DNA of 64,000 nucleotides, taken from positions 219,762-283,761 of the forward strand of contig NW_008246105.1 in assembly GCF_000281045.1 (NCBI RefSeq), given 5' to 3'. The position numbers were made by a program, and so were the translations under genes. The stretch's first letter is position 1, and each line of letters starts with the position of its first letter. Shown in pieces: positions 23,440 through 33,926 of this stretch. The notes below the pieces were generated by a model. It saw only the letters and a program-made list of their open reading frames with translations. It ran no database searches and had not been told where the DNA came from. The stretch comes from Saprolegnia diclina VS20 (Eukaryota).

Positions 23440-24555
23440 ATGCACCTTGAGATCACAGCAGCACGGATCGCGAGCCTCGCCCAGCCAGAGTCGAGCCTTC
23501 GGGATGACATCGTCAATGTTCTCCAGACGCTTGTGCCTGGGTGGGCGCAGGAGACTGCGATCTCCATCTCGCAGCTGCACGGTACGTCGCCGCTACCTTG
23601 CCGAGACTAGCTAGCCTCGTGTAGGCGGCCAATCCAACACGATGTTTGCCTGCTTGACGACCAATAGCTCGGTCGTCCTTCGCGTGTATGGCCACGGCCT
23701 CGATGCATTCTTGCACCGTGACGAAGAGATCTTTATCTACCGTGCGCTTTCCGAGCAGCATCTTGGGTACGGCAGCATCCACGTTTGGTGGCTAACGTTC
23801 ACCACGATAGCCTCGGGCTCATCGGAACCTTTGAAAATGGACGCATTGAGACCTTTATTGCTGGCCGACCGCTGACTGCGGTGGATCTTCGAGCGCCGGC
23901 GATGTTCACCAAGGTCGCGCGCCGCTTCCGAGTCTTCCACGGTGTCGACATCGCGATCGACCGGGTGCCGCGGCTGCTCGATACGATTGACGAGTGGCTG
24001 CGTCTCGCACAGAACGTGGTGACGCCAACACCTGTGGACTTTGACGCGTGGACGCTCGGGTGGGCGCGCTTGCAGGCTCTCGTGCGGTCCGTGCCGTCGC
24101 CGATCGTGTTTTGCCACAACGACCTCAACTGCAGCAACATCATGCTGTCGAGCGAGACAAATGATGTGGTCTTTATTGACTTTGAGTACAGCCACTACAA
24201 CCCGCGCGGCTTTGACATTGGCAACCACTTTGCCGAGTGGTGCTACTTTATGCACGGGCCGCCCGACGAAGTCGGCGACGTCGCCATGTACCCCAGCGAG
24301 GCGGACCAGCGGGCGTTCTGCGCCGCGTACTTGAAAAGCGCGGACGAAGCGGCGATTGAAGCTCTCCGACTTGAAGCCAATGTCTATGCACTGGCGGCGC
24401 ATCTCTACTGGGCGACGTGGGCGATCGTGCAGTCGCCCAAGTCGTCGCCGGCCTTCGACTATTTTGCGTACGGCATTGGTCGCTGGGCCCTTTTTCAAGC
24501 CCAAGAAGAAGCTGTCACCGCGGCTGTGCATGCTTCCATGTCGACGCCACAATAA
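23440..24555 (+). CDS. Divergent choline/ethanolamine kinase paralog 4 (2 introns)
   Basis: G|GQSNTMF, VLRVYG, FCHNDLNCSNIML, FIDFEYSHYNPRGFDIGNHFAEW; introns at about 23582-23624 and 23767-23810. Confidence 0.88.
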
Positions 24556-24812
24556 GCATTCGAGAAGACACGCCTAACTCATGCACTCGAATCGAATGAG
24601 ATTCCCAGTCGGCAATAGCGTATACGAAGGCCACGTATATGAAGGCCATGAAGGCTCGCTTGGGCGAAGGGTTGGCCGTCGTATAAGCACACGATCGCAT
24701 CCAGGAGGTCGAAGATTCTCAATGAGCAGGCGCGATCTAGAATACAAAAGTTGGATCTTTCGAGAGAGGCGTGCTTTGCCAAGCGTCCGAGGGCACCGAA
24801 TCCGACGCTCGT

Positions 24813-26313
24813 ATGGACGCGACAGACTTTGACATTGATGACGACGTCGAGATCGACCTCGAGAAGCTCCCGCCGGACGAGCGCGAGGCCATCATGTCTC
24901 GGGTGACGCCCGACGACAGCACGCCGGTGGACGCCTTCTCGCTCGGCCAAAACGACCTTCGGCGCGAGGTACGTAGCGGGGTGTCGACGAGAGCTGAGCC
25001 GTCGCCGGTAGCTCATTGACCGCGGGATTCAGCCCAAAGGCTTCTTCAACGACGACGCCGCGCGGCTCCAAGAAGAATTCAACTCGGAGCACAGCGCGGA
25101 GCGCGACTCGCGCATGAAGCAAAAGATTCAAGTGCATTTCCCTGTACGCGTGCGACTCGACTCTTCACGTACACGTTGTAGACGGCGGCGCGCAACTACC
25201 TGCGCGAAACCATCAAGCGCAAGCGGCAACAGCGCGAGACCGAGCTCAGCGAAGAGATCGCCGAGATCGCCAACAACCCCAAGCTCGAAGTCTGGCTGGA
25301 CCTTGTCAAGGCCAATACAACGCCGATGGAAGCCCAATTTCGCGTCAACTCGGTCGCTACCCGCGCCCTCTCCAAAGTGTTGCCGTTCAATTTGAGTTTG
25401 CGCGCGCTCAATCTGAGCGGCAACCAGCTCGACGACATGGCTGGAAAAGTATGCAGATCCGAGTTTGTTTCGTGAATTTGACGTATCGAGTAGGCCATTG
25501 CAAACGTTTTGCGGCGCAACACATCTCTGCAAAAGCTTGAAGCCGAAAGCAACAACTTTGGCCCGATGACCATGAAGGAGCTTGCGGCGGCGCTCGCGGT
25601 GAACGAAGGTCCAGTGCCATTGCTAGCCGCGCGTAGATGCATCAATGATCGCTAGGTCTCACGTCCTTGAGCTTGGAGAGCAATCCACTGACGGCGGACG
25701 AGACCGACTTTTCGGGCATTGCTGCATTCGGCGCGATGCTCGCCAAAAATGCGACGCTGACGAGCGTGAACCTCTGGCGCACGCGCTTGGGCGTCGAGGG
25801 AGGCAAGGTATCTTATACGATTGCTTCGTGTGAAAGGGATCGACAGGACTGTAGGCGCTCGTGAAAGGCCTCTACAACAACAGCAGTGTTCTCTGCCTCG
25901 ACGTTGGCAACAACAAGATTGCGCTCTCGGACGCCAACTTGATTTCCAAGCGCCTCACCGAAAACATTGACGCGGCCGACGTCGTCCAGCGCAAGCGCGG
26001 GCTCATGAAGAAAGGGCAAATGAACGCTGCGGAGCGTGAGCGCAAGCGCAACGAAGACCGCAAAAAGCAAGAAGAACATGTACGGTAAACGGTATCGGAG
26101 CCTGGGATTTAGCAGGTGCATTAGGAGCAATGGCTGGACGACCGCGCCAAGGAGCGGTCGAGTGACCGCGAAAGAATGGAGGCCGAACGCCAGCGCCAAG
26201 CGCGAGAAGACGACGACCGCATGCGCCAAATGGCGTGGCGAAAGCAAGCCGAGTTCCAAGCCAAGCTCGAGCTCGAGAAGAAGAAGAAGACCAAGGGGAA
26301 AAAGAAAAAGTAA
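24813..26313 (+). CDS. RNI-like leucine-rich repeat protein with C-terminal coiled coil and lysine-rich tail, multi-exon
   Basis: LRALNLSGNQL, LQKLEAESNNF, LSLESNPL, LTSVNLWRTRLG and LDVGNNKI repeats; ends KKKKTKGKKKK*. Confidence 0.75.
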
Positions 26314-26535
26314 ATAATTGCTCAACAACCAAGCGAGGGTTGGTCAAGGACAGCTTTGCACGATGCCGCAAAGCCCACAACATGCAATTGCAAGATCCAA
26401 AAGCGCGCGATGCCATTGGTTAAAATGGTTGCCATCGGGGCCAATGGCAAGGCATCCGATTGGCGTTTGCTTGTATCCGGACAAGAAACGATCCAAAATG
26501 CCATCCGCAGATTCGCAATCCACGAGGACGACGAG

Positions 26536-28180
26536 ATGGGCAAGTCCGGGAAGAAGCACCACGGGACGAGTCGCTTCGACGCCCACCATCGCCGGCGCCT
26601 GAGCGAGGTAGACACAAGCACATGGCTCCATGAGACTCATGCAGCCTTTAGGAAGGGAAGCGTCTCCTCCGCCATGCGTTCTCGCACGACGGCGATGAGG
26701 AAGACGTCCGGTCGGTCGAGGCAGTGAGCAACCTCACGAACCGTGACGCTGAAAGCTCCGAGTCGGAGCTCGACAGCTTTGACGAGTGGAAGGGCGGCCA
26801 TGGCAAGTCCAAGGACGCCAAGGAGGCGCTTCATGACCTCGTCGAGGAGCTGGAAGAGAAGCGGGACGAGACGCGGATCGCAGCTCTCGAGAAGGTGCGA
26901 GCACCGAAATTGATGTGTACCCACACGACTCGTAGCTGAATGTATTGCTCTGTGCGTCGGCACTGACGCAAGAAGTGGGCGGTATCAAGTCGCGGCTCGT
27001 CACGGCCGCGTTGGCGTGCTTGAAGAAGCGGCATCCCGAGTCAGCCGTGCTCTGCTTGCGCTTCTTGGCCCTTGTATCGATCACGTTGGGTTCGGACGAA
27101 GAGGCTTACTACAACGGTGCGATTGTCATGGCCTTGTAAAGGCTGAAGCGTCATATCCTGCCCTAGGCGTGCTGCAGCCGCTTCGCCGGACGGTCACAGA
27201 CAAGTGCGACACCGAGCTACGCGTCGAAGCAATCTACGCACTGAGCATTTCCGTGTTTATGTGCACGAACGAAGACCAGCCCAAGTGGGAGGTGCTGGAG
27301 CTCCTCGGGTCGATCCTCACGGGCCGCCACGTGGAGAAGGACGACAACGATAGCATTGGCAGCGACGACGACCAGCGCGACGAGAGCGACGACGGGCTCA
27401 ACGACGACCCGACCTTCAAAGTGGCTGCCATCGAGTGTTGGGCCTTCTTGCTGAGCTGTTTCAACCCGTCGCAGATCGTGCCGATGATCTACGACCAAAG
27501 CTCGATCATCGCCGATCACATCGTGGCGCTGGTCGACATGGTGCAAGCGGGCGAAGACACAACGGTGCGCGCCATGGCCAGTGAGGCGCTAGCACTCGTT
27601 ATCGAGTACAAGTACGCGATCGCGCAGTCGTCGTGGTCGTACGATCAAGAGTCGTCGTCCAGTCCCATCTCGGGGCTCATTCCCAAGATCCAGGTACGCA
27701 CCTTCTTTGCAGTTCAATGACCTTGTTGCTGCGGTCTAGTCGTTCATGAAGGAGTCGGGCAAGACGATCGGAAAGAAGAACCGCAAGACGCAGCGCTCGA
27801 CGTTCAAGGAGGTGCTCGAGACGCTGGAAACAGGTGCTTGTCTGCCTTTGAGACAAATGCTATAGCGCGTCGGGGGCGTAGGCGTCGGACCGCAGGAGCG
27901 AGACATGCACGTCGAGGACGAACTCATCGAAGTCAGCACGTGGTGCCGGCTCTTCCAGGCGGACGTGCTTCGTCGCGTGCTCGCGACAGGCTTCCAAGTG
28001 CATTTGATGCAGAACGATGTGTTGCGCGAGATCTTTCAAGTGCGTGGCCACGGCCAAGCCAAGTACAACATGATGTCGACGGCCGACAAGCGCGCGGGGC
28101 ACAAGACAAAGGCGCGCAGCCTGCGGGCGTCGATCGCCATGCGCCGTCGCGCGCAAAACTCGTTTCTTTATACCGAGTAA
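26536..28180 (+). CDS. Interferon-related developmental regulator (IFRD1/2)-like protein, multi-exon
   Basis: LEEKRDETRIAAL, AAIECWAFLLS, KKNRKTQRSTFKEVLETL, GFQVHLMQNDVLREIF and a basic tail resemble IFRD and IFRD_C. Confidence 0.75.
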
Positions 28181-28508
28181 TGGCTCCAGACCCAAGGCGG
28201 TCGTTGCCTGTAGTACATTGTCTATCGTCGACTTCACAGAAGCCGGGCACATTACACGAGGTTGATCCAGCAACATGTTGGCTACAGCACCTCTATCCAG
28301 GAGTAATGATCCATGAGGTCGACGAGTCATGGATTTGGCCAAGGTCTAGTGCAGGCAGTGGCATCAAGGAAGCAAGCTCGGGTGTTATTCGACTGCGTGC
28401 AACTCTGTAGTCGAATGAGCAACTCACTTTTTCGTTATAATCGTGGGGCATGCAAAGGTATGGAGTATCTAGTCGTCTCGACAGTCATGCTCGAGACCGA
28501 GCGGAGAG

Positions 28509-29462
28509 TTAGACCTTGTGCTGCGGCGACGCTGGCGCAGGGCTAAACTCGGATTCGGGAAGGCGGTCGAGCGACTTGCTGCCGCGAATCGGGTTCTCCG
28601 CGACGTCCCAGAAGCGCCACCACGGTGCGCGGGGCGTGTCGGCGATCGCAAACGATGCTGGCGCCGACACTGCGTAAAATGCGATCGAGAGGAGGAGCAC
28701 CTCGAGCACGCACGCGCTCCAGTACACCTCCAAGTGCGACGGCGTCCTCGCGTCCTCGTCAATATAAGTGTAGATGGTCCACTGCATGACCGAGAGCAGC
28801 AGCAGCGTCTTGACAACGATGAACTTGAGCTCGGCATGGAATGATGCAGGAAGCTCGACGCGGAGACGCCGCAGCGTTCGCACGACGGACATGACCGCGG
28901 CGATGAGGAAGAGGAGGTTGCCAACCGCAATGACGGTGCGAATCGCCTTGGTCGGATTCGACTCGGGGTGCAGAAGCGAGAGCGCGACGGCCATGCACGG
29001 GCGCGCCAGCACAAAGAGACAGAGAATGCGTCGGTAGACGTTGTAGTGTCGTTGCGCCGACGCCAAGGACGTACTACTCGCGTCGTCGGAGCCGTTGCTG
29101 GCAAACTGGGCAAACAAGCGCACGGCGTGCGTCGTGCCACCGACTTGAACGACGAGGAGCGCAAAGAACGAAAGGAGCACGATGCCTTCGAGGAGACCCG
29201 CGATAAAGTGGCCAACCGCTTCTTGGATCTCAGTCAGCGTTTCACTCCGATACACGATTTGCCATAGAAAGTTCAGAAAGTACGCGCCCCCCGTGATGAG
29301 AAACGTGAGCGCGAGGCGCAGCATAATGGTCTGCGAGTAGGCGTCGTGGCGCTGGCGGCGGTGACGCGCGACGTTCAGGCCAAAGACCGCGCCGATGAGC
29401 AGCAGCAGCGTCGTGTTGACGCCGAGAAGCACCGACGACTCGGTGGTCCACTCTGCTGCCAT
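28509..29462 (-). CDS. Organic solute transporter alpha / TMEM184-like multi-TM protein, intronless
   Basis: About 7 hydrophobic segments; LKFIVVKTLLLLSVMQ and LEVLLLSIAF resemble OSTalpha motifs. Confidence 0.65.
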   Translation of the reverse strand: MAAEWTTESSVLLGVNTTLLLLIGAVFGLNVARHRRQRHDAYSQTIMLRLALTFLITGGAYFLNFLWQIVYRSETLTEIQEAVGHFIAGLLEGIVLLSFFALLVVQVGGTTHAVRLFAQFASNGSDDASSTSLASAQRHYNVYRRILCLFVLARPCMAVALSLLHPESNPTKAIRTVIAVGNLLFLIAAVMSVVRTLRRLRVELPASFHAELKFIVVKTLLLLSVMQWTIYTYIDEDARTPSHLEVYWSACVLEVLLLSIAFYAVSAPASFAIADTPRAPWWRFWDVAENPIRGSKSLDRLPESEFSPAPASPQHKV

Positions 29463-30330
29463 GAAACTACAATCTTTGCAACTGGAATAAAGATCGGCCG
29501 CCAAGGAGTCGGTCGCTTCCCAAAGGCAATATCAATTCCGACAGGCTCTGGCGCCCCATTGGCCAATTCCGGTGTACGATCGGGATCGGTTGGGGATAGG
29601 GCACAGCCGTTTTCAAAAATTTGCGATTTGCGCTCTGATCTGCGCTTGCGGTTAATTGCAATGTGCTTGGTACCAGTAATCAAAAGGGTCGAAGAAATAT
29701 ATTCTTCAAGCTATTCTTCACAGCATAAACAACCGGTGGAGCGGGCTACATTAACGCTATTCGTACACGAGCGCTCCGCCTCCTCGGCAGCTCCTCGGCA
29801 GCGCGACGAATTAAGAGGGCAAGTGCTTCTCTGGCCTCTTTCGTCCACGATCAACTGGCCCCCAATGTGATATGTCAACGCCGGCGGTCGCTGCGGCAAT
29901 TGGTTAACTTGACTTTTGATTGTCAACGGCGGAGCTTCGTTTCCTGCAGTATTTCCCGCCATGAGTGGCGTAACTACAGCGCGAAACCGTTATTCTCTCA
30001 ATTCAAATACCTCTCAGACTGGTTGTTTTTCGTATATTAAAGGATAAGGGTTTAACAAAGGCATTTGATTGGTGCATCCGGATACGATCCCGACCAGTCG
30101 TTTGGCAGCGAGGCCGCGTAGGATGATCAGTTTGCAATTTCCGCCATCTAGACAGTAGCAAGTCGTGCGCTCGTCCAACAACCCGCGGGATGTTCTTAGT
30201 CATCAAATGGGCATAGAACGCAGCACATAGCGAAGGCGTATGAGGTCGACAGGTGTGCTCGTGTACATCTTCCAACGCTCTGTAAAGGGCGGTTGACTCT
30301 GTATGCCACATATATATCGGAAGTCTAGTC

Positions 30331-30458
30331 TGCAGATTACACTCTGTGTTCAATCGTTCCCATGATTGTCTCCAATTTTTCAGTCTGCAAGAGCCACGGG
30401 ACTATACTCACTGGCAGTCTCCTCCAATGAGGCAGCTGGTCTTTTTGTTCCTACATTC
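30331..30458 (+). ncRNA. Probable box H/ACA snoRNA 1
   Basis: Two hairpins (TGCAGATT/AGTCTGCA; GGGAC/GTTCC), hinge AGAGCCA (non-canonical H box), ACA at 30453-30455. Pocket ACACTC + ATTTTTC complements 18S AAAAAU-UA-GAGUGU. Confidence 0.65.
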
Positions 30459-30657
30459 TACAATACATTGTGTCGTGCTACTCGAAGTGAGGAAACTCTT
30501 GATGTTGATCCCAGCGTGATTTAAACATTGACTACAATTCTCTGATCGATTCTACTACGACCGCTTCTCCTGAATTAGAAACTAGTTAGTCGCCACTCCG
30601 CAGATTACACTCTGTGTTCAATCCTGAAATGATTGTCTCCAATTTTTCAGTCTGCAA
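30332..30657 (+). repeat. Direct repeat of about 58 nt (30332-30390 and 30600-30657) differing only in the apical loop
   Basis: GCAGATTACACTCTGTGTTCAATC [GTTCCC / CTGAA] ATGATTGTCTCCAATTTTTCAGTCTGCAA. Confidence 0.95.
30482..30550 (+). ncRNA. Probable box C/D snoRNA
   Basis: C box GTGAGGA (30487), D box CTGA (30542), terminal TCGA/TCGA stem, D' TTGA and C' GTGATT. Guide GACTACAATTC is antisense to LSU GAAUUGUAGUC. Confidence 0.65.
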
Positions 30658-30730
30658 CATTAACGCCTTGGGTCGTCATGGACGCTGCTACGGTCATCGT
30701 AGAAGATGTTCTCGGTCCTCCGCTACAATC
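30600..30730 (+). ncRNA. Probable box H/ACA snoRNA 2
   Basis: Same guide hairpin as snoRNA 1, canonical H box ACATTA (30657-30662), second hairpin (CTACG/CGTAG), ACA at 30725-30727. Boundaries uncertain. Confidence 0.62.
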
Positions 30731-30912
30731 TCATAAATCTATAATCGAATCTTCTCGTACTGATCAATAATCGATTTGCCCAATGCTCGATGTCCTCATA
30801 CCAACATGACAACTCATCGGAGAAGGAAGAAACAACGAGCGACTACAGTCGTTATTATTTGTACTCTATTTGGACGCAATAGCGTTGATCATGTACAAAG
30901 CAGAGAGGGCGT

Positions 30913-31960
30913 CTATTCCAGCGCGAGAATAGTGTGGTAAAAGATGGTCATGAAGAGCCCCGAGAAGAGCGGCATCGAGAGGTTGTCATCGCAGCCGACG
31001 TTGAGGACTTCACCGATCGCGCCAGCGACGCCCGCCAAGCCCATCAAGAGCAGTTGCTGCGGCCACGTCAGTCTACGAGGCACCGAAGAAGAGAAGGACA
31101 CACCTGAAACGCACTCAGGTCCGTGATCGCATCGTGCGTGGCGGTGGTGAGGAAGGCAAAGCTCGAAAGGAGGCACACGAGGAAGCAGCCAATGACGCCT
31201 GCCAGGGTCTTGCCGTTCCATAGCTTGGTCGAGTGTTGGCCCAGCGTGATGCCAAAGAAGGACGCGCAGGGATCACCGAGCGAGAGCTACCATCCGCTAG
31301 AAGATCTCATCGCCACCAGGCAATCGCAGCATACATGCAAAACGGCGAGCTGGGCAATGAACTTGGGGTACAACACGAAAGACAGCGCCGACCCCATGAG
31401 AAAGTAAAAGGCGCCTACGCGATCGCATTTAGCGATGGTCGCCTCGTGCAGTCGACGTACCAGGGAGGCGGTGGCCAACTTCGTGCTGGCGCAGGATCGG
31501 GCCAAAGATCTGCAGGTAGATCGCGTCGACAGCCTTGGACTGCTTGCGCATGAAGCTCACCAAGTAGAATGTCAAGGCGCAAATGGCCAAGACAACCGTG
31601 GCTACGGTCAAGGATTGAGCGGTTGCACAAGCGGCGATGCCGCAAACCTTCGAGGGCCGAGCCGTAAAAGGTCGCAATGACGATCATGACGCCTGTGCCC
31701 GCTACACACAGCGTTAGCATCCTTCATGCACTTGGTATCGCACCGTGTTGGACCTTGCGGCGCACGTGGAGCTCCTGCGTCGTGCGGACGTTGCTGTAGT
31801 TGGAGCGCTTCACGACGAGGAATTGGAGGGCCAGGATTGCGCTGATGAAGAAGACGATCGGGAGGCTGCTAGCGCCCATGTAGGTCGAGAGGGGCGTGAG
31901 GTAGAGCAGGCCCATGATCGCGCTCCAGGGCGCGAGGAACATGACGGCCGACTCGTGCAT
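30913..31960 (-). CDS. CTP-dependent lipid kinase (DGK1 / dolichol / phytol kinase family), multi-exon
   Basis: ELHVRRKVQH, GPILRQHE, GDPCASFFG, GKTLAG and CDDNLSMP motifs with multiple TM segments. Confidence 0.8.
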
Positions 31961-32297
31961 CGCTGCTTGCTCCACACGACGGACAGCGGCTACTTGAACT
32001 ATCTTGGCATTTGTATACTCGATTTTCAAGGTTTACGCCCTAAATTCGGCATGCAGCACTCTTGCCGAATTTAAAACAGATCGCTGACCACAAGAGCTGC
32101 AACGTTGCACAAGTTGCGCTCGATCAGACGAGGGTTCCTGCACGGCACGTGCAAGCCACTCTGGGCTACTTGTTCGAGGATTGGATGTCCGCCACCACAC
32201 GGCAGAGAGAATATGCCGCGACCAAGAGCAGATATGGGTGGCACATGCCGAAAATAAGAGGCGCAATGCACTTGCACTCAGTGGCGTTCTTGGTGCA

Positions 32298-33324
32298 ATG
32301 TCAAGCTTCCGGCGGGCGACGAGCGCGGCCGCGCCGCTGCGTGGCACCAAGCCGTTCATCAACAACCAAGTGCTTACGTCCAGCGGTCTGCGTGAGATGG
32401 ACGCGCTGCTCGGCGGCGGTCTCCTCCTCGGGTCGCTCACGCTCCTCGAGTCGTCCTGCTTTGGCTCGTACAGCGCCGACCTCCTGCGGTACTTTGCCGC
32501 CGAAGGCTTGGCCAACGCGCACACGGTCGCGGCCGACAGCGCCGTCTTGGAGTCGCTGCCACTGGAGCTCAGCCTCGCGCAAAAGCAAGTCAAGGCACAG
32601 GTGCAATCCAAGCTCACGATTGCTTGGCAGTACGAAAAGTACAGCGCCGAGGCTCCAACGAGCAGCAGCAGTAGTAGTGCCCATCGGTTTTGCCATAGCT
32701 TTGACCTCTCCAAGCCCATGGCAAGTGAGATGAAGGAAACGAGCGTCGAAATTAGTACGCTTCCCGGCATGGCGTACCGCGATGTTTACCTCCAGCTGGT
32801 CTCGTTGCTGGACGCGACGCCGCCCAACGTAGTCGTGCGCGTCGCGCTCAGCGACGTCGGATCGCCCGTCATCTACAGCGATGTCACGAACGCAGCTCCC
32901 CTCGTACAATTCCTGCGCGCGATCAAGGGACTCCTGCACTGCCACCGCCATCGCCTCGTGTGCATGATGAGCATCCCGCTGTACTTGTTTCCACGGTCGC
33001 TCGCCGCGCAGCTCCGGCATATTGGCGACTATGCGTTTGAAGTGAGCTCGTTCCTTGGCGACCTGCAACAAGTGCCCTCCGAGCTCCAGTACATGCGTCT
33101 CGTTCACAGTTTCCGTTGCTCACGGGTCTGTGTGTAGGGAGTTTTCCGGGCTCTTTTGCGTCCACAAGCTCGCGCGCCTCCAGTCTGTGACGTCCCACAC
33201 GCTCGAACACGCCCAGCTCGGTATCAAGCGCGAACGGCGGAAGCTCAAGCTCGAGAACTTGCACCTCCCACCCGAAGGATCTCGAAGCCAAAAGCAAGAA
33301 AAAGCCGTGGACCTCTCGTTTTAA
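32298..33324 (+). CDS. ELP4: Elongator complex subunit 4 (1 intron, about 33089-33138)
   Basis: TSSGLREMDALLGGGLLLGS, LLRYFAAEG, LTIAWQYE, FCHSFDLSK, KLKLENLHLPPE. Confidence 0.9.
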
Positions 33325-33338
33325 TATGCACCAGCACG

Positions 33339-33926
33339 CTACTGCGTCTCTCTTTGAGTGCTTGCAGTGGCCTTGTCCTGCGCACTGTCATCTTCGTCAT
33401 CTTCGTCATCGCTGTCATCGCTGTCATCTTCGTCATCTTCGTTCTCGCTGTCCTCGCTGTCATCTTCGTCATCTTCGTCCTCACTGTCATCGCCGTCATC
33501 ATCTTCGCCCATACCTGGAGCAGCGCCGTCTTTGGAGCCGGCGTGGTGCTTCTGGCGGGACTTGGCCTTCTTCTTCGCTTTCTTCTTCTGGAGCTTGAGG
33601 ATCTTGAGGCTGCGAACGCTCTGCGCGCCGTTAAAGTGGTCGTCCAGCTTGGCGGCCAAGAGCTTTCGCGCGACGCGGCGATTGTCGTCGAGCGACCGCG
33701 TCTTCTGGCATTGCACAAAGAGGCCGGTTGGGCGGTGCTTGAGGAAGACGTTGTTGCGGACCTTGTTGATCTTTTGGCCGCCCTTGCCGCTGCCTTTGAC
33801 AAACGACTCGTCGAGGTCCTCTTCGCGCAGGTCGATCGGCGGCTTCTTCGTTGCTAGCCCTCGGACAAACCAAGCGCTGAGAGGTTGCCGCCCGATCCGA
33901 GCCAGGAAGACGGACGCGGCCATCAT
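33339..33926 (-). CDS. Mitochondrial GGQ peptidyl-tRNA hydrolase / rescue factor (C12orf65/MTRFR-like)
   Basis: Presequence, then LDESFVKGSGKGGQKINK, LKHRPTG, CQKTRSLDDNRRVAR; no codon-recognition domain; basic then acidic tail. Confidence 0.88.
   Translation of the reverse strand: MMAASVFLARIGRQPLSAWFVRGLATKKPPIDLREEDLDESFVKGSGKGGQKINKVRNNVFLKHRPTGLFVQCQKTRSLDDNRRVARKLLAAKLDDHFNGAQSVRSLKILKLQKKKAKKKAKSRQKHHAGSKDGAAPGMGEDDDGDDSEDEDDEDDSEDSENEDDEDDSDDSDDEDDEDDSAQDKATASTQRETQ
33385..33507 (-). repeat. Coding minisatellite (9-nt subunits, about 36-nt period) encoding a D/E/S tail
   Basis: CTGTCATCTTCGTCATCTTCGT... occurs three times, encoding DDSEDEDDEDDSEDSENEDDEDDSDDSDDEDDEDDS. Confidence 0.85.

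Noticed and set aside
30332..30657. Direct repeat as a CRISPR array or LTR pair
   Set aside because: Only two copies, eukaryotic context, no cas or retroelement genes and no TG..CA ends on both copies; the snoRNA hairpin explains it better.
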